DNA of 64,000 bases, taken from IMG/VR virus record IMGVR_UViG_3300025816_000006, positions 32,001 through 96,000 of that record; one strand, given 5' to 3'. Each line of letters starts with the position of its first letter. Position 1 is the stretch's first letter. Made by a program: the position numbers and the translations under genes. The notes under the pieces were generated by a model. That model was given only the letters and a program-made list of their open reading frames with translations, had not been told where the DNA came from and searched no databases. This DNA comes from a virus. Shown one piece after another: positions 18,868 through 29,200 of this stretch.

Positions 18868-21800
18868 ATGTCGAAATTTGTACTAACAGCCCAGTTACAA
18901 TTAAAAGCTCCAGCAAATACTAAACAGGTTGTTTCCCAGATGCGGAGACAGCTTAGTGGTATTAATGTGAACGTAGGTGTCAAAGGCGCACCGCAGGCAC
19001 AAAAACAAATAGCAAAAGTAAATCAACAAGTCAATAAGCTAAACAAGACTGGCACAAGGTTAGGTAAGACTTTTGGTTTGGCTATCAACAGATTCGCAGC
19101 TTTTACGGTTGCGTCTAGGGCTGTAAGTCTGTTCACAAACGGGCTTGCCAATGCTACTAGGGAAGCTATTGACTTTGAAAGAGAGTTAGTTAAAATCTCT
19201 CAGGTTACTGGAAAGACAATACAAGAATTGTCTGGTCTTAATAATACTATAACTCAATTATCTGTAAATCTTGGCACATCTAGTAAAGACCTTCTTGCTA
19301 CAACCAGAATCTTGGCTCAAGCTGGTATTCAAGCTAGAGACTTGGATGTTGCCCTTGCTGCTCTTGCAAAAACAACTTTAGCCCCTACATTTGAAGATAT
19401 AACGAAGACGGCAGAAGGTGCGGTTGCTATTCTTGCTCAGTTTGGTCAGGGTGTTGGCGCATTAGAAAGTCAGCTTGGTGCTATTAATGCTGTCGCTGGT
19501 CAGTTTGCTGTTGAGTCTGGTGACTTGATCTCTGTTGTTCGTCGTACTGGTGGTGTGTTTAAGGCCGCTGGTGGTGACTTAAATGAACTTCTTGCTTTAT
19601 TCACAAGTGTTCGTGCAACAACGCGAGAAAGCGCAGAAAGTATTGCAACAGGTTTGCGTACTATTTTCACACGTATTCAACGTCCTAAAACGATTGAGTT
19701 TCTTAAACAGTTTGGTGTTGAATTAGTAGATCTTAATGGTAAATTTGTTGGACCTTTTGAAGCTGTGAAACAACTTAGTAGTGCCTTATCTGGACTTGGT
19801 GAGGGTGATATTAGGTTTGTTCAAATCGCTGAAGAGCTTGGTGGATTCCGTCAAATTGGTAAAGTTATCCCACTTCTTCAACAGTTTGAGACTGCGGAGA
19901 GGGCAAGGCAAGCAGCGCTGGAAGGTGGAGGTAGCTTGACTAGAGATGCTGCCACAGCGCAACAGGCTCTTGCTGTTCAAATCACAAAGGTTAAAGAAGA
20001 GTTTCTTGCTCTTGTTCGTAGTATAAGCCAGACGGGTAGCTTCCAAACCTTTGTAAAAACCACACTGGACTTGGCAAGTGCGCTTATTAGTGTTGCTGAT
20101 GCACTCAAGCCTATTATACCATTACTTACCGCCTTCGCTGGTATAAAACTAGCAAGAGGTCTTGCGGGTTTTGGTTCTGGCATTGGCGCTGCACTTAAAG
20201 GCGGTCCTAGAGGATTTAATTCTGGCGGCTTGGTTCCGGGGAGTGGAAACAGGGATACTGTTCCGGCTATGCTTACGCCCGGAGAGTTCGTTATACGCAA
20301 GAGTAGTGTTTCAAAAATGGGTGTTGGCGCTCTTGCTGAGATGAATAACAGTAAGTACGCTAAAGGCGGTAGCGTTAAGATAATAGATCCTATTGGTCAA
20401 ATAGCCCCAAGAGGCGCTCCGGGAAATTCTCAAAGTCAAACCAAAACTAAAACAGTAGGTGAGCTATCTGGAAAAAGTAGCACACTATCTAGAAAATTTA
20501 AAGCCGCAGGTTTGAAAAGTGGTGATACGATTGACATCCAACCACAAAAAGTAGGTCAATTTACCTTAGATAGAGGAAATCAATTTGCGGAAAGCGACTT
20601 CATGAGGGATGTCGTTCCAAGTATAAACGCCGCAATTAAAAAACAACTTACAGCAAAAATAGGTAGCATAGGTCAATTTAGATCAATAGGCAATGACGCA
20701 AAGGCAAAAGAGTCTTTAGGTGGTTTTGCATTTGAAAGATTTGCTGGTGCTATTTTAGGTATTTCTCCGGGGGGAGACACTACACCCTTCGACTTTGCCT
20801 TGGCTGGAGGTAGGAAGAAAGAACTTGAAGAAGAGACTAAAAATGATCCTTTAGCAAAGTTTGTTGACGCTAAAAGGTCTTTCGTTGGTGCTGGTCAAAT
20901 TGTTAGTAAAGCGATTAGAGATAGTAGGGTTCAAAAACAATTTATACCAGTCAAAGGAAATCAAAAAAAACGTAGACCTAAGTTCTTTGGCGGTGCTATT
21001 CAAAAGTTTGCCCTTGGTGGTCTTGCTCAAAAGAATAGAATGGGCTTTGCTATTCTTGATCCAGACAGAAAAGCTCAGGACATGGACGCGAAAGTTACAC
21101 GCGCTCAAATTAGAGGTGCTGTCAAGGGAACTGAAGGACAAAGAAAAGCTTTAGACAAAGAACTTAGCTGGTCTAATAAGAACTTTAAAGTCGCCAGACA
21201 AGGACTTAACGCAAAAACATCTGAAAAATTCTACAGCACATTATCAAGAGAGGCTGCTCAAGGAGTTTCTGTTGCCGCTGCTGGTCTTTCTAGTGATTTG
21301 GGCTTGGGTAGTATTACAGTCCCTGAAACATCTAAGAATTTGCTAGCTGATAGTATCAGAAAATCTGGCTCTATGATGGGCAAAGTGTTTGAAGATGTTG
21401 TAAATGTTATGGACGGTAGAGGTAAGTTTTCTCCATCGCCTCCCGGTGCGCCTTTTGACTTTAAAGGTGGATTACAAGGCGCTCTTAAAGATAATTACGA
21501 TAAACTTCCTTCTACTTTTGTAGACGCTAAAACTAGCTATACAGAAGCTAGCGCTGGCGAAGCTCAAAAGAAAATTATCAACGAGCTTGCTCAAACCTAT
21601 CAACAAACACCCACTTATGCTAACAATAAGAAAGGTGACAAGAAAGGTGAAACTCAGAAACAAGCTGCCGCCAGAATGCAGAGAGAGCAAAAGGGTCAAG
21701 CAAGACTTGCTAAACTAAGAGCAAAAGCTGGTTACAATATGGGCGGCGCTGCTCCTTCTGATACAGTTCCAGCGTTGTTGACCCCCGGCGAATTTGTTAT

Positions 21801-24800
21801 CAATAAGAGTGCTGCTTCTAAGATTGGTAAAGCAAATCTAGATCGCATGAACAAGCAGGGCGTGAAAGGCTTTGCTGACGGCGGTATTGTTCAACGATTT
21901 GTAAATGGCGGTCAACCAAAAGCTGTTAACTTTGGTAATATAACTAACAGTGGTATAAACCTATCTGCGGCAGCGGAAAGACGTGCCGCTGCGGGAAATG
22001 AGATTAAAAAACAAGAAAGCACTCTTGTTAAAGCGTTGCAGAGTATTAGTAAAAGCGTTATAAATGCTGGAATTGCAATAACGAAAACCCCGCAGCAAAT
22101 TAAGGGACTAGATACTGCTATAACAAATACAAGCAATGCAATTACTAAAGCTGGGACAAATATTTCAAGCGGGCTTTCTGGTGCTGGAAAGGTAGTACAA
22201 GCAGTAGACTCTAGAATTGGAAATGCTTTCAATAAAATTGTAGGAGTTGCTACTAAAGAAGGTAGTTTAATTCAAAAATCATTTAGTGGTGTAAATAGGG
22301 CTGTACAATCAGGACAGAAATTACTTTCTGGTGGTTTTAGTGGTGTTGTTAATACTATAAATATAAAAGGCCCAAAAGTTTTAGATGGTGTACTCCGTAC
22401 TATTGCTAGAAAAACTCCACAACTTAATGACGCTTTTTCATTTATATCAAAAGGTATAAAAGTTAGTGGAGAAGGAGTAACAGCAGCGCTGGCTTCAGCT
22501 AAAAATAAAATATCAACTTCTGCTCCAGCCGCTGCTGGCCCTAAAACGAGAACGGTGTATAGCTCCAAGGGAACTGGCGCTTTTGGGCGAACATTCGACG
22601 GACGCGCAGCTAAGGTTGACGCTGCTCAAAGATCATTAGAAAAAAGGATGAAGCTTCAGGGTGTATCTGCAAGAAACACTACAAAAGGCTTGCAGGCTCT
22701 CTCGGTCGCTGCACAACAAGGAGGAAGCAGAGCCGATATGCTCGCAAAAGGAATGGCTGCTGCTGGTGTTACTGTTGAAAAACTAAAAGTAGCGCAACAA
22801 AAAGCCGCTGCCGCATCAGAAAAAGCAGCAAAAATGGCCGAACGTAGGGCCGAAAGAGAAAAGCGTGGTGGCGGTGGCAGAATAGATGGGATGGGCGCTT
22901 TCTTTGCTCTTTCAAGCATATCTATGATGATACCAAAGGTTGAGGGTGCTACAGAAGGTTTGGGTGCAATTCAAAATGCTAGCGGTGATTTGATAATGCA
23001 ACTTGGTACGTTTGGCTTTGTTGTTCAGTCGCTTGGCGTAAAGATGAATGCATTTACCGCCGGTATAGGCGGTGCTTTAGCAGCGACTTATGCGATTACA
23101 AGTGTAATGGACGCTTATAGCGGTGTTCACGAAAAAGCTAAAGCGGCTGTAGAAGAAGGTAGAATAGCAGATGCGGGAGCGGCGGCAGTTTCTAGTCAAG
23201 CTCAAAAAGACCTAAACAAACTTGCTTTGGGCGCAGCGGCTGCTGGTGCTACAATAGGAGTAGTTTTTGGGCCTGCTGGAACTTTGGTTGGAGGTATTGT
23301 TGGAGGTCTTGTTGGAACTCTTGCTGGGATTGGAGTTAAGCTACTTCCAGAAAGTACAGTAAATTCGTTTAGAGATAAATTTAGTACTATTTTTGGCACT
23401 GACTCAACAGCATTAATAAAAGAAAGAGCGGAAGCTGCTGCTGCACTTAAAAAGGCCGAGCTAAATGCTGCTGACGCTGCTGATCGAGCCGCAGAAGCTT
23501 TAAAGAGAATAGCCTCTGGCGATGAAACGCTTCTTGACGCCTTCCAAAGCGGCGAGTTAACAGTAAACGTACAAGACTTCAAGAGAGCGCTCGCAGAAGC
23601 TACCGATGTAGAAAAACAAGCGGCTAAAGATAGAGCTAATACATTAGAAATTGAAAACAAGGGCGCAGTAGAAGCTGGCGGCGTTCTAGCTGGAATACTT
23701 ACTGGCGCTGCGGCAGGTGCGGCTATTGGTTCAGGTTTTGCTGGAGTTGGAGCTATACCCGGAGTGGTTGTTGGGGGCATCGCTGGAGGTATTGCTGGGG
23801 GTGGTGCAGGATTTGGTATTGCAAGAGCATTTACCGGAGCAGATGAGCGAGCCGATGCAAAAGTTGAAGCAGCAAAAAAGGCTAGAGAAGAAACAGAAAA
23901 GGCTTTAAATGAAGCTATTAAAAAACGTATACCTCAGTTTAATCAATTAGGCAGAGAGCTATTTCGTGCCGGTGCAAGTTTTGAAGATTTTGTTGGCAAG
24001 ATTGAAAGTTTTCCGGGTTTTGAAGATACTGGCTTTGAAGACCTTGATCCTTTAGTTCAGAAAAAACTGGCGCAAGGATTTAGAAACAACGCAGTAGCTG
24101 TTGCTGAAAACACAGCAGCGTTTTCTCGAATTACTTTAGGGTTGAGACCGGTAATTGCCGCCACCAGTGGATTAAACGTATCGCTAGACAGAACTATTTC
24201 TATAGTAGAAGGTAAATTTAATGGACTGTCTTCTGCTTTATCTACAGTGGAGGCAGGACTTTCTGGAGCCACGATTGATACTAGCGAGTTTGACCAAGCA
24301 CTAGCTCAAATAAATAGCGAGTTTAAAAGCTTTGGTGTTGCTGATTCTACTATCAATAAATTAAATAAAAACTTTAGCGCACTAAGGATTGCTAGCGGTG
24401 GCTTCCAAGACGCACTAGAGAAAGTTAAAGACAAAGTTATAAATGATGAGCTTGGTGGTAAGTCTATAAAAGAAGTAATAATAAGTGAACTTACTAATCT
24501 ACAGGGACTAGATGATGCTGGAAGAAAGATCATTGCCGATGTATTTGGCAATGTTGACTTTACCGGCGACGATGCTGAAGCGTTAGCAAAAGGCAACCTT
24601 GATGTCGTACTAAATAAGCTCGACGAAGCTGGTAAAAAGGCTTTTGAAAAATCTTTAGCTGCTGGAAACGCACTGGCTGAAGCTCAGAATAAACTTGTAA
24701 AAATTGCTGAAAAAACAGTAAGCTCTCAAGAGAAGATGATAGCGGCTCAGATTAAGTCTATAAATCTTCAAGAAGAAGCAATTAAGCTTAGAGGGAAGGA

Positions 24801-26262
24801 AAACACTACCTCAAAAATTGATTTCGCAAGAAGGAGGGCGTCTAGTCAGTTAGGCACAGACATCTCTGCTGCTAACGCAATTGGCACAATAAGTTCTATA
24901 CAAGCCGGTGTTGTTGCTGCCACCGGACGATTAGCTGGTGCTGCTGGGGGAGGAAGTTCAAATACCTTCCAAAATAGACAAGATAGATTATTCTTAGATA
25001 AAGCAAATAAAGATCTTGACGCATTGGCTACTTTTGCTAGAGAAAGAGCCAAGATCTACAAAGAAGAACTTGATATAGTTAAAAAGAAAAACGCTTTAGA
25101 AAGAAGCGCTCTTGACAAATTGATTTCTGGTGATACAATTGGTTTCATAGAAGATCAAGCCGCTGCTGCTGCTGCGTCTGCACTTAGAATGGGCGATGCT
25201 AGTACGGCGTTGCAGTTTTCTAGTAAAGCCCTGAGTGCAGGTTTTAAAAGCCTAGAGGGTCAGGGGCTTTCTGATGCAGACATGAGGACGGCAGCGCGTA
25301 CTGCGCTTGGTCCTTTCGCGAGCGCGAGAAATGTCGGAGTGTTATCACAAACAACTTCTGAAGAGTCAGCTATAAAAGCAGCTATAGATCAATCAGCTTC
25401 AATACTAGAGCAAATTGCTCCAGCAATTCAGGTGCTTGGTTCTGCTGATTTTAAAGTCAGTGTTGCTGGACTTAAAAAAGCAAATCAAGATTTCGTAAAC
25501 GCTCAAACCGAAGCAGCAAAAGCCTCTGAACAAATGGCAACATCTCTACAGAAATCTGCCGATCTAGCAAAGAAACAAGCGGAAGCCGCACAGGAAGCAA
25601 TTAAGGCTACAGAGGGTGTGATTGAAAGAGCAAATCAGGCACTATCTTCTGGTGACGCAAAGTCAAGTGTTGATATTGATGCTCGCGGAGCAAACGTTAA
25701 ACTTACTCTAGGTGCTGCCGGTGCAATTCCGGGACTTTCAGACGCTGTTAGTCTTTCTCAAGGTGGGCCAGTTTATGCTAGTCGTGGTATGTTTGTTCCT
25801 CGCGGTACAGATACAGTGCCAGCTATGCTCACGCCCGGAGAGTTTGTTGTAAATCGTGCTTCTGTGCAAAGAGGTAATAACTTACAAGTACTTCAGGCCA
25901 TGAATGGCAACGGCGCTGCTCCAGCCGCCGCTCCTGCTCAGGGAATGTCTAGAGGTGGTCCTGTTTATATGGACAAGGGAGGCACAGTGCCATCAACAGA
26001 CATGACTGCCATGTTTAAAACGTTTGAATCTTCTGCTAGAGTATTTAGTGATGCAGTAAGCAGGCTAACAGGATTTAAACTAAACGTACAGTTAGACCCT
26101 ACGAATGTAAATGTAAATCTAAACGGTGGGACATTCTTAAACCAGATGAAAAAAGAATTGAAAACAGAGCTATTAGAAATAGTTAGCGAAAGAATTAAAG
26201 GCTCAAGCTTTGACTTTACTGGCGATATACAAATGGACCCTTACACGCAAAGTATAGCTTAA
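18868..26262 (+). CDS. Tail tape measure protein (TP901-type core) with internal accessory domains
   Basis: N-terminal core (AIDFERELVKISQVTG...LAQAG...AESIATGLRTIFTRI), Ala-rich coiled coil, Gly-rich hydrophobic segments, three DTVPA(M/L)LTPGEFV motifs. Confidence 0.92.
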   Translation: MSKFVLTAQLQLKAPANTKQVVSQMRRQLSGINVNVGVKGAPQAQKQIAKVNQQVNKLNKTGTRLGKTFGLAINRFAAFTVASRAVSLFTNGLANATREAIDFERELVKISQVTGKTIQELSGLNNTITQLSVNLGTSSKDLLATTRILAQAGIQARDLDVALAALAKTTLAPTFEDITKTAEGAVAILAQFGQGVGALESQLGAINAVAGQFAVESGDLISVVRRTGGVFKAAGGDLNELLALFTSVRATTRESAESIATGLRTIFTRIQRPKTIEFLKQFGVELVDLNGKFVGPFEAVKQLSSALSGLGEGDIRFVQIAEELGGFRQIGKVIPLLQQFETAERARQAALEGGGSLTRDAATAQQALAVQITKVKEEFLALVRSISQTGSFQTFVKTTLDLASALISVADALKPIIPLLTAFAGIKLARGLAGFGSGIGAALKGGPRGFNSGGLVPGSGNRDTVPAMLTPGEFVIRKSSVSKMGVGALAEMNNSKYAKGGSVKIIDPIGQIAPRGAPGNSQSQTKTKTVGELSGKSSTLSRKFKAAGLKSGDTIDIQPQKVGQFTLDRGNQFAESDFMRDVVPSINAAIKKQLTAKIGSIGQFRSIGNDAKAKESLGGFAFERFAGAILGISPGGDTTPFDFALAGGRKKELEEETKNDPLAKFVDAKRSFVGAGQIVSKAIRDSRVQKQFIPVKGNQKKRRPKFFGGAIQKFALGGLAQKNRMGFAILDPDRKAQDMDAKVTRAQIRGAVKGTEGQRKALDKELSWSNKNFKVARQGLNAKTSEKFYSTLSREAAQGVSVAAAGLSSDLGLGSITVPETSKNLLADSIRKSGSMMGKVFEDVVNVMDGRGKFSPSPPGAPFDFKGGLQGALKDNYDKLPSTFVDAKTSYTEASAGEAQKKIINELAQTYQQTPTYANNKKGDKKGETQKQAAARMQREQKGQARLAKLRAKAGYNMGGAAPSDTVPALLTPGEFVINKSAASKIGKANLDRMNKQGVKGFADGGIVQRFVNGGQPKAVNFGNITNSGINLSAAAERRAAAGNEIKKQESTLVKALQSISKSVINAGIAITKTPQQIKGLDTAITNTSNAITKAGTNISSGLSGAGKVVQAVDSRIGNAFNKIVGVATKEGSLIQKSFSGVNRAVQSGQKLLSGGFSGVVNTINIKGPKVLDGVLRTIARKTPQLNDAFSFISKGIKVSGEGVTAALASAKNKISTSAPAAAGPKTRTVYSSKGTGAFGRTFDGRAAKVDAAQRSLEKRMKLQGVSARNTTKGLQALSVAAQQGGSRADMLAKGMAAAGVTVEKLKVAQQKAAAASEKAAKMAERRAEREKRGGGGRIDGMGAFFALSSISMMIPKVEGATEGLGAIQNASGDLIMQLGTFGFVVQSLGVKMNAFTAGIGGALAATYAITSVMDAYSGVHEKAKAAVEEGRIADAGAAAVSSQAQKDLNKLALGAAAAGATIGVVFGPAGTLVGGIVGGLVGTLAGIGVKLLPESTVNSFRDKFSTIFGTDSTALIKERAEAAAALKKAELNAADAADRAAEALKRIASGDETLLDAFQSGELTVNVQDFKRALAEATDVEKQAAKDRANTLEIENKGAVEAGGVLAGILTGAAAGAAIGSGFAGVGAIPGVVVGGIAGGIAGGGAGFGIARAFTGADERADAKVEAAKKAREETEKALNEAIKKRIPQFNQLGRELFRAGASFEDFVGKIESFPGFEDTGFEDLDPLVQKKLAQGFRNNAVAVAENTAAFSRITLGLRPVIAATSGLNVSLDRTISIVEGKFNGLSSALSTVEAGLSGATIDTSEFDQALAQINSEFKSFGVADSTINKLNKNFSALRIASGGFQDALEKVKDKVINDELGGKSIKEVIISELTNLQGLDDAGRKIIADVFGNVDFTGDDAEALAKGNLDVVLNKLDEAGKKAFEKSLAAGNALAEAQNKLVKIAEKTVSSQEKMIAAQIKSINLQEEAIKLRGKENTTSKIDFARRRASSQLGTDISAANAIGTISSIQAGVVAATGRLAGAAGGGSSNTFQNRQDRLFLDKANKDLDALATFARERAKIYKEELDIVKKKNALERSALDKLISGDTIGFIEDQAAAAAASALRMGDASTALQFSSKALSAGFKSLEGQGLSDADMRTAARTALGPFASARNVGVLSQTTSEESAIKAAIDQSASILEQIAPAIQVLGSADFKVSVAGLKKANQDFVNAQTEAAKASEQMATSLQKSADLAKKQAEAAQEAIKATEGVIERANQALSSGDAKSSVDIDARGANVKLTLGAAGAIPGLSDAVSLSQGGPVYASRGMFVPRGTDTVPAMLTPGEFVVNRASVQRGNNLQVLQAMNGNGAAPAAAPAQGMSRGGPVYMDKGGTVPSTDMTAMFKTFESSARVFSDAVSRLTGFKLNVQLDPTNVNVNLNGGTFLNQMKKELKTELLEIVSERIKGSSFDFTGDIQMDPYTQSIA

Positions 26263-26281
26263 AGGATATTAAGGATAAAAA

Positions 26282-29200
26282 ATGAAGTCTTGCGAAACAA
26301 TTTCGGTTACGATGAACGGTGTAGGCGACTTAGATCGTTGTACTGTCAGTATGGATTTAGGCGCTAGTCAGGAGTTGAATGGCGTTGGTTTTGTAGAACA
26401 AGCCAAAGTCACCAGAGTATGTACATCTAAAAAATTAATAACAACCGCTATTGGGTCTGGTCCTCTTTACGATATAACTCTTGATGAAATAATTGAAGAT
26501 GAGCATAAAAAATTCTTTGATGAACGCCCAGTAGAAGCGGTTATTGAGTATGAGAGAAAACTAGAGAAACCAGAGATCAATCGTGCGCTTCTTGGTGGCG
26601 AGCAGTTTGCTTTTTCTCCATCTTTAAATGAGCCAAACTACGGCAAATTTGATATTGAAGTTCCAAGTCTATTTATTGACAATCCAGAATCACACGCAAA
26701 ATCAGATTTTTGCAGGGTATTGAAAAGTAAGCTTAGTGGGGATGGCTCTACACTTGCTATTTTGGCTGATCGTGTAGATACCGGTGTAGACGGATTCAAA
26801 AACACGCAACTTTACATCTATAAAAGAAATGGCGAACAGTGGAATACACACAGTACTATTGTTGTTGATGAAACTTCTCTATCTGAAATATCTAATGAGA
26901 ACCAGTTTTACGGAAATAAATATCTTGACTCAAATCTTGCTATAAATAAAAATGGTGATTTTATAGCTGTGTCTTTCCTAGACAGGGGCGACAATTCCGA
27001 TCTTCTAGGCAGAGCGCATCTCTACAAGTTAGGATTTTCTACAAATGATGAGTACGACCTTTGCGCTCTTTCCGCGTTTCTTGGTGGCTTTGAGTATTTA
27101 GGTGTTGATTTATCACTAAGTGACGACGGAACCATTTTAGCGGCTTCTTCCAGAACTTGGAGTGGTTCGGCTTTCCCTAGATTTCAAGGTAATGTTCGCG
27201 TACTTAAATTTACTGAGACTTCTAGCACTGAACCGGCGGCTAATTTTCAGCAACTCGGAAGCACTCTGACTAGCAATATTTTTGGTCAATATTTTCGCGT
27301 AAATGCTTTTGGCGAAAAAATAGCGATAAATGGCAATGGAGATAGACTTGCTGTTTTAAGAATTGATACATCAACTGGTATTCAAAGCGAGAACACCAAG
27401 GCATTCGTAAATATATATGAATATCAGTCTGACGCTTGGGTTTTAGTTCAACAACTTGAAAATGATAAATTTCTGTTTGACCCCGGAGAAGAAGCGTACT
27501 TTGGGAACGATGGAGGAACTGGTTATAGACAAGAAGACAGTACCTCTGGTTTTGACCTTGCTATTAGTCAGGATGGTAAAGCTGTTGCTTTTGGTGCTAT
27601 AGACCCATTCCCAGATTCTTTTAATGACGCTCGCGGTGGGGCTGTTATAACTTGGAGGGAGACTTCAACAAATGTATGGAAAACATTAACGGTAATAAAA
27701 CCAGACTATACAAGAGAGAGAGACGACGCAGGGAGCTTTGATGCTGTGGGTCTTGGTGGAAATTTGAGCTTTTCTTCAGACGGCAAAAAGCTTATGATTT
27801 CTCAAGATAAGTCTGTCTGTGTATACGAGGATATATCTGAGTCTCCTGTTTCTAGCCCCTTACCCCAACCCGGATACTTTGTAGTTGGTTCAGCTGATTC
27901 TGACGACTGGGTAAAAGTTTCTCAAATAGATATATTTAATTGTCCACCAATTACACGTAACGACAAGATAAAAAGACCGTTTAATGCGTATCATCCTATA
28001 ACTGACGCTTCTATGAGTCAAGATGGCTCGTATGTAGTTATACTGAAAAATAATTTTATTCATCCAACTCAAGATGGATTTCTTGTACAGCCAGACCAAG
28101 CTTCTCAGCAAGCTGTTTATAAAGTTGATTACACCAAAGCCGTTAACAAGTTTGATAGAGACCTATTATCCAACTATATTGACTGGAAAGACGGCAGTAT
28201 ATCTTGTAAAGATTTAAAATTTCAAAGTGAGCTTGAAATAGATACTGATTCTCTACGAGATTATAGATGTATAGATTCCCCTTACAATGCTGACTTCAAA
28301 CAATCAGAAATTTTTCAGTCAGATGCAAACATAGAAGTTTCAGACAATATGTCCGTTTCTTTCTTTCTTAATGGCCCTACCAGTAATCTTTACTCATCTG
28401 ACCCTGTTATTAAAATATACAATTCTAATGGGTCTATGAGTGTGGGTTTAGACAATTTAAACAATTCTCAAGACCGACTTTTTTTAAGCTTCAATCAATT
28501 TGGAAGCTCCAGTATTGGATTCCTTAGATCGTCTGAAGATCCTGCGCATTATGATTCAGATCAATTTGGTGGACTCTATGAAATAAAAGCGGATAATAAC
28601 TATGAGTCTGACTGGCATCATTATTGTATAACATCAGAGTCTCATCCTTCTGACCCAGATCTAAATATAATAAAAGGCTATGTGGATGGAAGATTCATAG
28701 ACCAAATAACAATAGAGAATATTCCAGACAATTCAAATCTCTTTGGCTGTAAGCTTAGTCTAGATAGCCCCAGAACAGCTTTAGATCCTTATGACGGGGA
28801 AGAAAGGCAAGACTTTAACGGAAACTTAACGCCTGCTTACGACGATATAAGGGTTTACAATAAAACTTTATCCCAAAATGAAATCAATCTTCTTGCTAGT
28901 CATAGAGTAAAAGTTACTAGAAGAGATATTTATTTCTACGATTACTTAAAAGAAGAAAATGGCGTAATTTCTTTAGAGTACAATAGATCAACATATAAAG
29001 ATGTTCCTATTTCTTCTTTCTGTAAAGATCAACCCATACCAGCGCCGCCAGATTTTGCGGGATGTGATTTTGGTACAGAATGTGTTATAGACGCTGAAAT
29101 TAAATTCTGTTATGATTCCACCTTACCGAACATTGTTCCTATATTTGGTTTGTATGCAAGTGGTATAAGTGGTGTTGGCTTTTTAGAATCTAACTCTCCT

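Noticed and set aside
19786-25052. Many antisense and alternative-frame ORFs within the tape measure gene, e.g. 23202..23780
   Set aside because: Shadows of GCT/GGT-rich codons on the coding strand; no independent coding signal.
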